Shown here: piece after piece, positions 1 to 11,265 of the stretch | Layout: each line of letters opens with the position of its first letter | Numbering within the stretch: position 1 is the first letter of the stretch | Assembly: GCA_049970895.1 (NCBI GenBank) | Contig: JBMFMB010000002.1 | Coordinates: 16,017 to 80,016, forward strand | Source of the DNA: Candidatus Bathyarchaeia archaeon | Lineage (GTDB): Archaea; Thermoproteota; Bathyarchaeia; Bathyarchaeales; Bathycorpusculaceae | Length of the DNA stretch: 64,000 bases | Direction: 5' to 3' | Notes under the pieces: generated by a model | What the model was told of the DNA's origin: nothing | Seen by the model: only the letters and a program-made list of their open reading frames with translations | Databases searched by the model: none | Position numbers and translations under genes: made by a program

Positions 1-1
1 A

Positions 2-835
2 AATTTCCCCTGGTAGGTGCTTCAAAAACTCGTGAATGCCTGTTTCTGGCCAGTGATGCTCGCCGAAGGTTTCATAGTCTGGGAATATGTTTATGCAGTT
101 TCCCGGTGTTGCTGCCAGCCAGCTTGCGTATTTGTCTGCGGTTAGTGGCCACTCGCTCCACCATCTTGCGGAGAACCTAAAGCCTATGTCATCCGTTAGC
201 TTATAGTTTCTGAGGAGTACTTTGATTTTCCTGCATCCTTTCGGCTTATACACGTAGTTGGGCGACTTTTCATGAAGTATTTTTTCTGTTCCTTCCGTGA
301 ATATTCCAGCAAAGCCAAACTCTTCTGCAATTCTTGCTATGACATTGTTGTATAATAGCTCGGTGTTCTCGAAGACTCGTGGCGTGTAGCCCAACAGGTC
401 CTTTATTGCTTGCCTGTGCATTTTTATCTGTTCAATGAACTCCGTTTTTTCTGGGTAGAGGCTTGCAAGTGAATGGTAGTATGTTTGGTTTAGAAATTCC
501 ACACAGCCAGTTTCCCCAAGCTGTTTGAAGGACTCTAGCAAATCTTTGTTAAACATTTCACACTGTTCGAGGAAGGTTCCAGAAATGCTAAAGGAGACTT
601 TTACTTGTTTTTTCTCCCGCTTATACTTGTCTATTAGGTCTAGCAGTATCTGGTTTGATGGAAAATAGCACTTTTTGCATGCTCTTTCGAAAATTTCCTT
701 GTCTAGTTCATGGTTAAAATAGTAGTTGAAGAGCTCCTCCCTTTTTAGACGTTTGAAAAGCTTGTTCTCCCAAAAGTAGTTCTTCCTTAACCTATGGGGC
801 TGGTGGACTTCGAACACGAAAACTATGTCCGTCAA
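2..835 (-). CDS. Glycoside hydrolase family 57 (alpha-amylase/amylopullulanase-like), runs off the left edge
   Basis: Not in the ORF track. Hand translation from TTG at 835: MTDIVFVFEVHQPHRLRK...SFSISGTFLEQ...QTYYHSL...FENTELLYNN, the GH57 HQP and catalytic-Glu motifs. Confidence 0.9.
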   Translation of the reverse strand, partial: MTDIVFVFEVHQPHRLRKNYFWENKLFKRLKREELFNYYFNHELDKEIFERACKKCYFPSNQILLDLIDKYKREKKQVKVSFSISGTFLEQCEMFNKDLLESFKQLGETGCVEFLNQTYYHSLASLYPEKTEFIEQIKMHRQAIKDLLGYTPRVFENTELLYNNVIARIAEEFGFAGIFTEGTEKILHEKSPNYVYKPKGCRKIKVLLRNYKLTDDIGFRFSARWWSEWPLTADKYASWLAATPGNCINIFPDYETFGEHHWPETGIHEFLKHLPGEI

Positions 836-1129
836 TCTGTTAGCCTCTGTTCTTGTGTTTGTTATTGTTCTTTTTTGCCTTATATTTCTGATTTGCTAAG
901 TTTTAGATTGATTCGGATTTGATTTCTATAATTTCATTTCTTAAAACAAAGGTGAATAGCGTGTCGACTGAAAAAATAGCATTGAAAGTCGCCAAGAGCT
1001 GAAGCAGATGATGGTCAACGAGATAAACCTTGTGAAAAGGGTTTAACCGTGATTTGACATTTTCATTATACAACGTTTTAAATGCAACCAAGTTCACTAA
1101 TAGCATGTTAAATAAGGAAGACTGCATTT

Positions 1130-1650
1130 ACGAGTTGTCTCGTCCACGACTGGTTGAGTAGCATAGCCGGAATCATAATAAAGAATGAGACAAAGGTACC
1201 AGTTGCTTTCACGTCTACAGCACGGAGTGGGAAGAAGTGGTGGGCGAGGCTCGGATGCTGTCTCCTATCTTGAGTGTGCTACCGCGCGAGGACTGACAGA
1301 TAGTAACCGCCAGCCATGCAATGCAAGAGGCTGACTTGGGTTAAGGACGTCATAAACCCTTGTTCAAGCCATGCCCATGATTTGGCTGAATATCCAAAAA
1401 CTAAGCTTGTTATTTTGGGCAAGGGAGAGCAGCAAAACGACATAATTGAGGCTGCTGTTAGGCTTGGAATAAGCGAAAAGCTGATTTGCAGATTTGACTT
1501 CGTGCCGGAAAAGGTGCGCATACTAATTATGCGGCGGCAGACGTCTGTGTTTTTCCTATGTTAATGGTGGAAACCCCTGCTGACATAGCATGGGGGCATA
1601 AAAGAGGTTTTATGCGACCCTAAAAGAGCCAATAATGAGGGAGAAGATTA
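1130..1650 (+). pseudogene. Decayed GT4/glycogen-synthase-like glycosyltransferase
   Basis: Fragments in shifting frames: VHDWLSSIAGIIIK, RLTWVK, LVQAMPMI, KLVILGKGEQQNDI, YAAADVCVFP, NPADIAWG. The 5' end and the EPFG..LEAM motif are missing. Confidence 0.75.
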
Positions 1651-1684
1651 CAAAAAATAAAATGGAAATTTGGCGAAATCAAAG

Positions 1685-2914
1685 TTAACGCTTGCGAGCC
1701 GTTGCCTTTTCTAAGGCTACCACGCCTGGAAGCTTCTTACCCATTAAGAACTCTATTAAGGCTCCACCAGCAGTGCTCACGTAGGATATTTTGTTGGATA
1801 AGCCCAACTCTTGAAGGGCTGCTATTGTGTGGCCTCCACCGGCTAAAGAGAACGCCTTCGAGTTGGCGATTTCCTCGAAAATTCGTTTCGTTCCATAGAT
1901 GAATTCGCTGTTTTCAAAAACCCCCATGGGACCGCTTACCACAATCGATTTTGCGTTGCGTATTATTTTTGCATAGTTTTCAACGGTCTTTGCTCCGATA
2001 TCAAATATTGGATAGTCTGTTGGAAGTTTTTCAACAGGGATTTCTTTTCGCTTTTTTTCAACTTCTACGGCTACGTCTGCTGGAACCTTAATTTTTTCAG
2101 GATACTTCCCCATTAGCTCCTTTATTCCAGAAACTAAGCCCATCAGTTTTTTCTCTTCTAGGAATTTCATGTTTGGCTTGCCTAGGTCATATCCCTTTGC
2201 AACCATGAAGACGTGGCCGACAACGCCACCCGTTAATACATAGTCTGCTATTCCGTTGTCCAAAACATATTTTGAAATTTCGAGGGAGTCGTCTGCCTTA
2301 GCGCCGCCGAGCACGTAGACGCATGGTTTTTCCGGGTTTTCCAGCACTCTGCTTAGGGATTTCAGTTCCCTCTCCATAATTCTTCCGGCGACGCTTGGCA
2401 AAACAGCCGTGAAGCCAACCATTGAAACGTGGGCTCTGTGGGCTGCCGCAAAAGCGTCGTTAACGAATATGTCTACCAGTGGCGCTAATGCCTTAACAAG
2501 CTCTGTTTTTGCATGTTCTTCTGGTGTGCCTTCCTTTGTTTCTCCAGCAAAGTTCCTAACATTGTCTAGGACTAGGATTTCGCCGCTTTTCAGCTCCTTA
2601 ATCGCTTTTTGGGCTTTCTCCCCAAAAACGTCGTCCACAAACTTCACTGGTTTGCCCAAAACTCTGCTTAAGATTTCTGCGTGCTGTTTTAATGGTATAA
2701 AGTCTGGGTCGCCTTTTCTTCCTTGGTGGGCAAGCACAACCACTTTGGCACCTTTTTCGGCCAGCTCTTTTAAAGTGGTTTCGCCATGTGCCCTAATCCT
2801 TGTGTCATCTAGAACCTTCTTCGTTTCCGGGTCCACGGGAGAGTTAAAGTCAACTCTTACAAGAACAACTTTGTCTTTCACGTCAACATCGTCTAGGGTT
2901 AAATATTTAGCCAT
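1685..2914 (-). CDS. pgk: Phosphoglycerate kinase
   Basis: RVDFNSP, AHQGR, DAFAAAHR, LGGAK, GPMGVFE, GGGHT, STAGGA. Confidence 0.98.
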   Translation of the reverse strand: MAKYLTLDDVDVKDKVVLVRVDFNSPVDPETKKVLDDTRIRAHGETTLKELAEKGAKVVVLAHQGRKGDPDFIPLKQHAEILSRVLGKPVKFVDDVFGEKAQKAIKELKSGEILVLDNVRNFAGETKEGTPEEHAKTELVKALAPLVDIFVNDAFAAAHRAHVSMVGFTAVLPSVAGRIMERELKSLSRVLENPEKPCVYVLGGAKADDSLEISKYVLDNGIADYVLTGGVVGHVFMVAKGYDLGKPNMKFLEEKKLMGLVSGIKELMGKYPEKIKVPADVAVEVEKKRKEIPVEKLPTDYPIFDIGAKTVENYAKIIRNAKSIVVSGPMGVFENSEFIYGTKRIFEEIANSKAFSLAGGGHTIAALQELGLSNKISYVSTAGGALIEFLMGKKLPGVVALEKATARKR

Positions 2915-2992
2915 ACCATTATCCCCTCTTTTAGGCTTTGGAACAAAAAATAGAGAGGGGTTGTTTGTTTTAAAGTTTTATATTTGGCTTGG

Positions 2993-4006
<1,014 letters not shown>

Positions 4007-4098
4007 TTAAATCACCATTTTACGCTAAATTTCGGATATTATTGGAATTGTTTCTCTTATTAATTTTCCGACGGAGATAAAAAGAAAAGTATGGGTTT

Positions 4099-5445
4099 TT
4101 AGCGGAGTTTCATCAGAACCATTTCAGCAGCTAAAACAAGGGGCTCCCAAGTCTCGTTTAGGGGCGGTGCGTAAGCCGTATCCGCCTTAGCCAATTCTCG
4201 TACAGTCATTTGCTTTTGTATGGCGAATGAGACAGCATTTATGCGTTGGGTTACCTCTTCCCCGCCTATAATTTGGGCTCCGATAATGCGCTGAGACTCC
4301 TTCTCCGCGATAAGCTTAACTTTTATTGGTAAGGCGCCAGGGTAATAGTCTGCCTTTGTCTTTGAGGTTATGGTTCCTACGACCGTTTCTATTCCAGCCC
4401 TTTTTGCCGCTGTCTCGGTCAAGCCTGTCGCTCCTATTTGCATATCGTATAGTTGGGTTACCGACGAGCCTATTACGCCTGGAAATAGTGCGTAGCCTCC
4501 CGCCGCATTTATTCCCGCCACTTTTCCTTGTCTTACAGCCACTGTTCCAAGCTGTTGGACGACTGGTTTTTGTGTGACAATGTGGATGGATTCTGCACAG
4601 TCGCCAACAGCGTAAACGTCTTTAACATTGGTTTCCATCCTTGCATTTGTCTTAATGAGTCTAGTTTCGCCTATTGCTATTCCGGCATCTACAGCAAGTT
4701 GTGTATTTGCCCTAACACCGAAGGCGCTGACAAAGAGGTCTGCGCTTATTTGTTCGCCTCCAGCCACTATGCCTGTCACTTTTTCTGTTCCGAGAAATTC
4801 TTCAACTGGTTTGTTGGTCATGATTCTTATGCCCTTCTTCTCCAGCTCTTCTTGGACGGTTTTGGCCATGTCTGCGTCAAGCATGGCTGGCAAAACTTGG
4901 GGTAGCATTTCCACAACTGTCACTTTTAAGCCCCTTTCTTGTAGGGCTACGGCTGTTTCCAAGCCTATGAGTCCAGCACCCATTACAACGGCTGTTTTTG
5001 CGCCTTCCTTTATTGATTGGTCTATTCGTTGTCCATCCTCAATTGTTCTTAGGGGCAAGATGCCTTGCTTTTCCCTTCCTTTTATTGGTGGTGTGAAAGC
5101 GCTGGCACCTGCGGCCATTATTAGGCTGTCGTAGGGGATTTCCTCCGTTTTTCCAGCCTTATCCACTGTTATGACTGCCTTTTTGCTGGTGTCTATTTTT
5201 GTCACTTTTGTTTCCGTTTTTAGGTTCAGTTTCATCATTTGGAAGTAGCTTGGCGGGAAGACTATGAGGTTGCTGAAGCTTGTTATTTGTCCGCCTATAA
5301 CGAAGGGTAAGCCGCATCTGGAGTAGCCGGCATACTTCTCGTCAGTTATTAGGGTTATTTCGGCTGTTCGGTCTGTTTTTCTAGCGGCTGAGGCTGCATC
5401 TACCCCGGCGGCATGCGCCCCAATTATTACTATGCGTCTCGGCAA
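4099..5445 (-). CDS. FAD-dependent pyridine nucleotide-disulfide oxidoreductase (NADH oxidase / CoA-disulfide reductase class)
   Basis: IGAHAAG FAD motif, single redox Cys in YSRCGLP, GAGLIGLE, YAVGDC, C-terminal YAPP. Confidence 0.9.
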   Translation of the reverse strand: MPRRIVIIGAHAAGVDAASAARKTDRTAEITLITDEKYAGYSRCGLPFVIGGQITSFSNLIVFPPSYFQMMKLNLKTETKVTKIDTSKKAVITVDKAGKTEEIPYDSLIMAAGASAFTPPIKGREKQGILPLRTIEDGQRIDQSIKEGAKTAVVMGAGLIGLETAVALQERGLKVTVVEMLPQVLPAMLDADMAKTVQEELEKKGIRIMTNKPVEEFLGTEKVTGIVAGGEQISADLFVSAFGVRANTQLAVDAGIAIGETRLIKTNARMETNVKDVYAVGDCAESIHIVTQKPVVQQLGTVAVRQGKVAGINAAGGYALFPGVIGSSVTQLYDMQIGATGLTETAAKRAGIETVVGTITSKTKADYYPGALPIKVKLIAEKESQRIIGAQIIGGEEVTQRINAVSFAIQKQMTVRELAKADTAYAPPLNETWEPLVLAAEMVLMKLR

Positions 5446-5448
5446 GGG

Positions 5449-5868
5449 CTACTTCCCTTCTTTAATTAGGCTTTTGTGCCACTCAACAGCCGCGTTAAAG
5501 TCCATTAGGTTTTTCAGTTCCGCCTGCAGGTTTGAGGGCTTTATAACGAGAAGCCAGCCCTTTCCATATGGGTCTTCATTTAGGAGTTCTGGTTTTGACT
5601 GGACTTCTGTGTTTACCTCTTCTATTGTTCCGCTTACTGGCGCCACAAGGTCTGATACGGCTTTTACTGATTCAACTGTGCCGTATGGCTCGTTCTGTTT
5701 TGTTGTGGTTCCCGGGCTTGGCAATTCCGCGTAAACAATTTCTCTTAGCTGTTTTTGGGCGTAGTCTGTTATGCCTACGCGGACTTTGTCTCCCTCAATT
5801 TTGAGCCATTCAAAATCCTTTGAATAATATAGTCCTTCTGGAACCTCGTATCCGTCAACTTTAACCAC
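5449..5868 (-). CDS. gcvH: Glycine cleavage H-protein family lipoyl carrier
   Basis: VGITDYAQ, GTVESVKAVSD (lipoyl Lys), LLNEDPYGKGWL. Confidence 0.95.
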   Translation of the reverse strand: MVKVDGYEVPEGLYYSKDFEWLKIEGDKVRVGITDYAQKQLREIVYAELPSPGTTTKQNEPYGTVESVKAVSDLVAPVSGTIEEVNTEVQSKPELLNEDPYGKGWLLVIKPSNLQAELKNLMDFNAAVEWHKSLIKEGK

Positions 5869-5978
5869 TTCATTCCACCTCGCATGTAGTTGTTAATCTC
5901 CTATTTTCAAGCCTTTAAAATTAACTGTTCAACCATGTGAGAGGTCATGTTTGAGGTTGGAGAAAAGCGGCAAATACG

Positions 5979-6123
5979 CTACCCCCTCTTGGTTTTTCAA
6001 CAATTTTTGGTTGCCGAGAAAGGCCTAAATTGACTACCCCCTTCTAGATTTTTGAAGTCTTCCATCTTGAATTTAGCTGCGTTTTTAACTTTATTTTCGC
6101 CTCCCCCTTCCTCTAGTTTTTCG
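5979..6123. repeat. Three imperfect direct repeats in the gcvH/purF divergent intergenic region
   Basis: CTACCCCCTCTTGGTTTTTCAA (5979-6000), CTACCCCCTTCTAGATTTTTGAA (6034-6056), CTCCCCCTTCCTCTAGTTTTTCG (6101-6123). Confidence 0.55.
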
Positions 6124-6219
6124 CTCGCTTACGAAGTTTCATGCGCTTTTTGGTTTTCAATGCTTTTGATTTAAACTTGTTCTAAAAGTTGATAAAGAGG
6201 CTTTAATTTATCCCCGACC

Positions 6220-7725
6220 ATGGGAGAGCAGCTAAAAATAGCATGCGGGGTCTTCGGTGCAATAAATTTTGAAAGGCAGCCCATTTTCCCATATGTTTAT
6301 TGGGGTTTGAGGGCTCAGAATCATAGGGGACATCAGTCCCACGGCTTTCTTACATATGCTGATGGAAAATTCTATGTGCATAGAAGCCTAGACCTTGTGC
6401 CTAAAATAAAGACAAGCGCCCTCGAGGAGTGGTTTGGGCGTTTGCCAGGGCACATTGGGATAGGAAATGTTAGATACACAACTTCTGGGAAGACGGATGA
6501 AACGTCTCTTATAAGGGGCACCCAGCCTGTCACTGCTTCCAAAAACGGTTTAAGGTTGGCTATATCCTTTAACGGCAATGTCGTCAACACTTTTAAGCTT
6601 AAAAAGGTAATCTCCAAAGAGTTTCCAAACTTCTCTTATGAGTGCGACGCCGACCTCATCTGCCACAAACTCCTAATAGAGCTAGACAAGAGCAAAGATT
6701 TGGCTTCTGCCGTGAAATTGTGCATGCAGGAAGTTGAGGGTGCCTTTTCCGTTGCTGGAATAACTGGCGACGGCAAGTTTTTCGCTTTTAAAGACCCTTA
6801 TGGTATAAGGCCTCTCTGTGCTGGTCGTGGTGATGGGGGGAAAACCTATGCTTTTTCTTCTGAGAGTGTTGGTTTGGACATAAACGGTTTATGTCGGGTC
6901 TTTGAGGTGGAGCCCGGCGAATTCATAACGGTCTCCGAAGAGGGGTTTAGGCGTGAAAGGCTTGTAAATTCTGGGCGAAAAGCCTTTTGCGCCTTCGAGT
7001 TTGCCTATTTTGCCAGACCAGATTCCATTTTCGACAAGCGATATGTTTATGAGATTCGCGAGGAGTTTGGAAGAAACCTCGTGAGGGAGAACTCGGACAT
7101 TGTTAGGGATGCAGATATAATTATTTCTATGCCGGAAACTGGCGATGACGCTGCTTTTGGGGTTCATGAAGAGTCTGGTTTGAGGTGGGAGAGGGCAACC
7201 CGTAGGCATCGCTATGTGACTGAGCGTGCCTTCATACTGCTTAACAGGGAGCGTTACGCCACCATAGACAAGAAAATTAATATTTTAGCCTCAAAAGTAA
7301 ACGGTAAAAGGGTTATAGTGGTGGATGACAGCATCGTCAGAGGCGACACAACAAGGATTACTATTGAGAAGCTTCGCAGAATGGGCGCAAAGAAAGTCTA
7401 CTTATTTGTGACTTTCCCCCGCATAATTGGTCCATGCTTCTATGGAATAGACATGGCAACTTATGGGCAGCTCATTGGTGCAAAGCACACACCCGAAGAG
7501 ATAGCCAAAATTATAGGGGCGGATGCCGTCTGCTACCAGTCGATAGATGGACTTGTGAGGGCCACTGGCTTCAGAAGGGAAGAGTTATGCCTAGGCTGTT
7601 TAACTGGCGAATATCCAACGCCGCTGGCGCAGAAGATTGCGGATGAGATGAAGAAGAGGTTTTTGGAAGGCTTTGAGGAGACTGGAAGGCTTTATGAGAT
7701 TCCAGAGCTTGTTGGCGAGGATTAG
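6220..7725 (+). CDS. purF: Amidophosphoribosyltransferase
   Basis: CGVFG Ntn nucleophile after a short propeptide, QNHRG, RYTT, CAFEFAYFARPDS, VDDSIVRGDT, CFYGID. Confidence 0.96.
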   Translation: MGEQLKIACGVFGAINFERQPIFPYVYWGLRAQNHRGHQSHGFLTYADGKFYVHRSLDLVPKIKTSALEEWFGRLPGHIGIGNVRYTTSGKTDETSLIRGTQPVTASKNGLRLAISFNGNVVNTFKLKKVISKEFPNFSYECDADLICHKLLIELDKSKDLASAVKLCMQEVEGAFSVAGITGDGKFFAFKDPYGIRPLCAGRGDGGKTYAFSSESVGLDINGLCRVFEVEPGEFITVSEEGFRRERLVNSGRKAFCAFEFAYFARPDSIFDKRYVYEIREEFGRNLVRENSDIVRDADIIISMPETGDDAAFGVHEESGLRWERATRRHRYVTERAFILLNRERYATIDKKINILASKVNGKRVIVVDDSIVRGDTTRITIEKLRRMGAKKVYLFVTFPRIIGPCFYGIDMATYGQLIGAKHTPEEIAKIIGADAVCYQSIDGLVRATGFRREELCLGCLTGEYPTPLAQKIADEMKKRFLEGFEETGRLYEIPELVGED

Positions 7726-7776
7726 TGGCAAAATAGATTAGCGTCCTCCAGCATTTAGCATTTAAGCGCCAGAAGG

Positions 7777-9201
7777 GTGTGGCAAATCTTGGTCGAAAAG
7801 GTTGGCATACTCGTAGTTTCTTACGGCGCCCGCGAAGTGGCAATGGTTGACGCTTTTTTGCGAAGCACAAAATACGATGTAGAGGTTTATGTTGCTGATA
7901 AACAGCGAAACCCGTTTAACATGAAAAACGCAACGGTGCACGTTGTTATACCAGACTTGAATGTTGAGGCTATATGCAAATTCACCGAAAAACATAAAGA
8001 CCGCATAGACTTCGGCATTGTCGGTCCAGAAAAGCCCATAATTGAGGGCGTCCGCAACCTTGTCGAGAAGCGCACTGGCATACCGATGATTTGTCCAACT
8101 AAAGAGTACGCAATAGAAGCCAGCAAAGTTCAACAGCGCCTGCTGTTCCAGGAGACTGCTCCAGAGGTGAATCCCCGCTTCCGAATCTTCCATCCAAAAG
8201 AGTTTAAAACACAGGAGGAGGCACGTAAAGCCCTTTACAAGTGGCTTGACGAGCTTGAAAATATGGCTGTTGTTAAGCCGGACAAGCCAGCAGCTGGCAA
8301 GGGTGTAGGCGTATGGGGAGACCACTTCACCACCCGCGAACAGCTCTTTGAGCATTTTTGGGAAAACCTGCGGCACGGTGCGGTTATAGTTGAAGAGAAA
8401 ATTGATGGTGAAGAATCCAGCTTCCAAGCTTTCTGTGATGGAAAGCACTTGGTGCCGCTTCCAGAAACGAGGGACTATAAACGCGCCTTCGACGATGACA
8501 AGGGTCCAAACACTGGCGGTATGGGCTCCTATAAGGATTCTGGCGAAATATTACCATTCATGATAGTGGCGGACAGAGAAAATGAGCTTGAAATCGTAAA
8601 CAAGATTTTTAGCAGGTGGAAAGCCCAAGACAACCAAGCCCTGAGAGGCATACCCTTCTACGTGGCTTTCATGCACACAGGCAAAGAGCCGAAAATCCTT
8701 GAGAACAACAGCCGCCCAGGCGACCCGGAAATAATTAACATTCTGCCAATTTTGAAGGATGACTTTGTTGATGTGTGCTTCAAAATTCTTGACGGCAACT
8801 TAACCCGCATAGAAATTGAGAGGATGGCAACAGTAGTGACCTATAAGGTGCCGCCAAGTTATGGAGGCTATGCCGAGGCTTTTCCAGAACGCGTGAATAG
8901 GGCGGAAATAGGCAAGCCAGTAGATCTAACAAAAGCCTATGAACTTGGCAGAAAGTATGGCGACAGAATTCGCGTTTATCCAGCTTCTATGGAGCTCCGC
9001 GACGGCAAAACCTACGCCCTAAAGTCTAGGGCTGTTTGTGTGGTTGGCATAGGCGAGACGATTGAGGATGCCAGAAAAATCTCCTTAGAGGGCATCAAAG
9101 CCATAAATGGCGGAGCTTTGTGGCACCGGAACGACATAGCCTCAAAACAGCATATAGAAAAGAGCATACGCCACATGGAGGCGCTCAGAAAACGAGGATG
9201 A
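7777..9201 (+). CDS. purD: Phosphoribosylamine--glycine ligase (divergent archaeal form)
   Basis: VGPE, IEASK, VVKPDKPAAGKGV, VEEKIDGEE, DYKRAFDDDKGPNTGGMGSY, RPGDPE, RNDIA. Confidence 0.93.
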   Translation: MWQILVEKVGILVVSYGAREVAMVDAFLRSTKYDVEVYVADKQRNPFNMKNATVHVVIPDLNVEAICKFTEKHKDRIDFGIVGPEKPIIEGVRNLVEKRTGIPMICPTKEYAIEASKVQQRLLFQETAPEVNPRFRIFHPKEFKTQEEARKALYKWLDELENMAVVKPDKPAAGKGVGVWGDHFTTREQLFEHFWENLRHGAVIVEEKIDGEESSFQAFCDGKHLVPLPETRDYKRAFDDDKGPNTGGMGSYKDSGEILPFMIVADRENELEIVNKIFSRWKAQDNQALRGIPFYVAFMHTGKEPKILENNSRPGDPEIINILPILKDDFVDVCFKILDGNLTRIEIERMATVVTYKVPPSYGGYAEAFPERVNRAEIGKPVDLTKAYELGRKYGDRIRVYPASMELRDGKTYALKSRAVCVVGIGETIEDARKISLEGIKAINGGALWHRNDIASKQHIEKSIRHMEALRKRG

Positions 9202-10280
9202 AAAAAGTTTTCATTTCGGACTGTGAGGGACCAGTTTCCAAGAATGATAACGCCTTTGAACTAACAGCCCATTACGTGCCTAACGGCGAGCACCTCTTCA
9301 CGGTTATAAGCCGATACGACGATGTGCTCGCAGATGTTGTTAAAAAGCCCGGCTATAAGGCTGGCGACACGCTGAAGCTTATACTGCCCTTTCTAAAGGC
9401 TTATGGCGTAACAGACCATAAAATGCAGAGTTTTTCTGCCAAGACGCTTCTGCTAATCGCTAATGTTAAGGAGAGTTTGGCTTTCATCCAGAAAGTTGCC
9501 CACGCCTTCATTGTTAGCACAAGCTACGAGCATTATGTTAGGGTGCTGTGCCAAGCTATAGACTTCCCTTTCAAGAAAGTTTACTGCACAAGAGTGAATA
9601 TTGACAAGTATTCGCTTAGCCAAAAAGAGCGGGATAGGCTTAGGGAAATTGCAGCCGAAATTGCCAAAATGCCAATAATCGAAATTCCGAAAGGTGCAAG
9701 CTCAATCCAAGACTTTCCCAAAGAGCACCAGCAAGTCATAAGGCGGCTTGATGAAATCTTCTGGGAAGAAATAGCCAAAATGCAGATTGGAAGAGTTTTC
9801 AAAGAGGTTAATCCTGTGGGCGGACGTGAAAAAACCGAGGCGGTTATGCAAATAGCCAAAAAGCTGGACATAAGCTTTTCAGAAATTGTTTATGTTGGCG
9901 ACAGCATAACCGACGTTGAAACCTTCAAAACAGTCCGCAACGCAAATGGCTTAACAATATCTTTCAATGGCAACGAATACGCCATAAGAGAGGCTGAAAT
10001 AGCCATAATGTCTGAAAAAGCCCTTGTAATAGCATTGCTAACAGCAGTTTTCTGCAAGTTTGGCAAAGAGGGCGTAATCGAGCTGGTAAACAACTGGAGC
10101 TTTGAAAGGCTTAGGGAGCTTGACGTGGACGCGGAACTGAAAAGTAAGTTTTTTGAGGCTTATGGCGAGAAACTTCCACATGTGGAAGTTATCACGGCGG
10201 CAAATATGGAGAGGCTGGCGGAGGAGAGCAAAGCCTTTCGCAAAACAGTTCGGGGCGAAGCAATAGGGCGTTTGGGCTAG
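9198..10280 (+). CDS. HAD-superfamily hydrolase, EhaR-like
   Basis: ATG at 9198 overlaps the purD stop (ATGA). Motifs SDCEGPVSKNDNAFEL, IVSTSY, GGREK, YVGDSITDV, SFNGNEYA. Confidence 0.8.
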   Translation: MKKVFISDCEGPVSKNDNAFELTAHYVPNGEHLFTVISRYDDVLADVVKKPGYKAGDTLKLILPFLKAYGVTDHKMQSFSAKTLLLIANVKESLAFIQKVAHAFIVSTSYEHYVRVLCQAIDFPFKKVYCTRVNIDKYSLSQKERDRLREIAAEIAKMPIIEIPKGASSIQDFPKEHQQVIRRLDEIFWEEIAKMQIGRVFKEVNPVGGREKTEAVMQIAKKLDISFSEIVYVGDSITDVETFKTVRNANGLTISFNGNEYAIREAEIAIMSEKALVIALLTAVFCKFGKEGVIELVNNWSFERLRELDVDAELKSKFFEAYGEKLPHVEVITAANMERLAEESKAFRKTVRGEAIGRLG

Positions 10281-10353
10281 GCTTGTCAAAGGTTTAATAG
10301 CCTAAAGCACCAACCTAAAATAATCCCAACGTGAAGCGTGGAGCGGAGGTCTC

Positions 10354-11265
10354 TTGGCGAAAAAGGAGCTTGTGGAGGATACTTACGCGGAAGCTTTCGA
10401 GGGTATCTACTGCCGAGTTGTCGTTACGGCTGATGATAAGGAAACTCTGCGGAAGGTGGCACTGCATGCAACAGCCACACCATCCATAGTCATCGGCAGA
10501 GTTGAAGGCGGAATAGAAAGGTGGCTGAGCGAAAAGGAAACACCAGACGAGCGCAAAGGTGTGATCCTCCAGTTCTGGGGTGGAATAGACCCCAAAAAAC
10601 CCTTTTCCGACTCCCTCAAAAAATTCGAAATTGAGCTCTCCTATCGTATAAGGCAGGATATCCTCGTGAAACCCTTCACGGCGGTTTTTGACGCCTTAGA
10701 GAATCCGCTGGGCAAAATTGACATGATGGAGCGTGTCGGCCACTGCGGGGACGGCTATGAGTGGGAGGAAAAACGCTACAACCGCCACGTCATAGTTGTG
10801 CCCATCATGGTTCCAGACTTCATAATAGAACGGTTTTTGGGCTATGCCCGCGGGGTTATGGGCGCGAACTTCTGGATAATGTGCAAGACAAAAGAGGCTG
10901 TTATGGAGGCTGGGGCAAAGGCTTTGGAAGCCATCCATAAAGTTGAAGGCGTAATAACGCCCTTCGACATTTGTTCCGCCGGTTCAAAACCCGAAACCCG
11001 CTATCCATGGATAGGACCGACGACAAACCACCCTTACTGTCCATCATTGAAGAGGCTGCTTGGCGAGGAGTCAAAGGTTCCAGAAGGCGTGAACTACATC
11101 CCGGAGATTGTGATAAACGGTGTTTCGCTTGAGGCTGTTAAAAGGGCTATGAAGGCTGGCATTGAGGCTGCATTAAAAGTGCGGGGTGTCGTGAAAATTT
11201 CAGCTGGAAATTATGGTGGAAAACTTGGCGATTACAAGATTCATTTGCGTGAGCTGTTCCCATGA
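10354..11265 (+). CDS. ftr: Formylmethanofuran--tetrahydromethanopterin formyltransferase-like protein (Ftr/EhaS-like)
   Basis: [52 protein letters not shown]. Confidence 0.9.
   Translation: MAKKELVEDTYAEAFEGIYCRVVVTADDKETLRKVALHATATPSIVIGRVEGGIERWLSEKETPDERKGVILQFWGGIDPKKPFSDSLKKFEIELSYRIRQDILVKPFTAVFDALENPLGKIDMMERVGHCGDGYEWEEKRYNRHVIVVPIMVPDFIIERFLGYARGVMGANFWIMCKTKEAVMEAGAKALEAIHKVEGVITPFDICSAGSKPETRYPWIGPTTNHPYCPSLKRLLGEESKVPEGVNYIPEIVINGVSLEAVKRAMKAGIEAALKVRGVVKISAGNYGGKLGDYKIHLRELFP

Noticed and set aside
9120-9197. Upstream extensions given by the ORF track (also etfB, rpl22, rps4e, rps8, rps5, hypC, purQ)
   Set aside because: Downstream starts fit family N-termini, RBS positions and gene overlaps better
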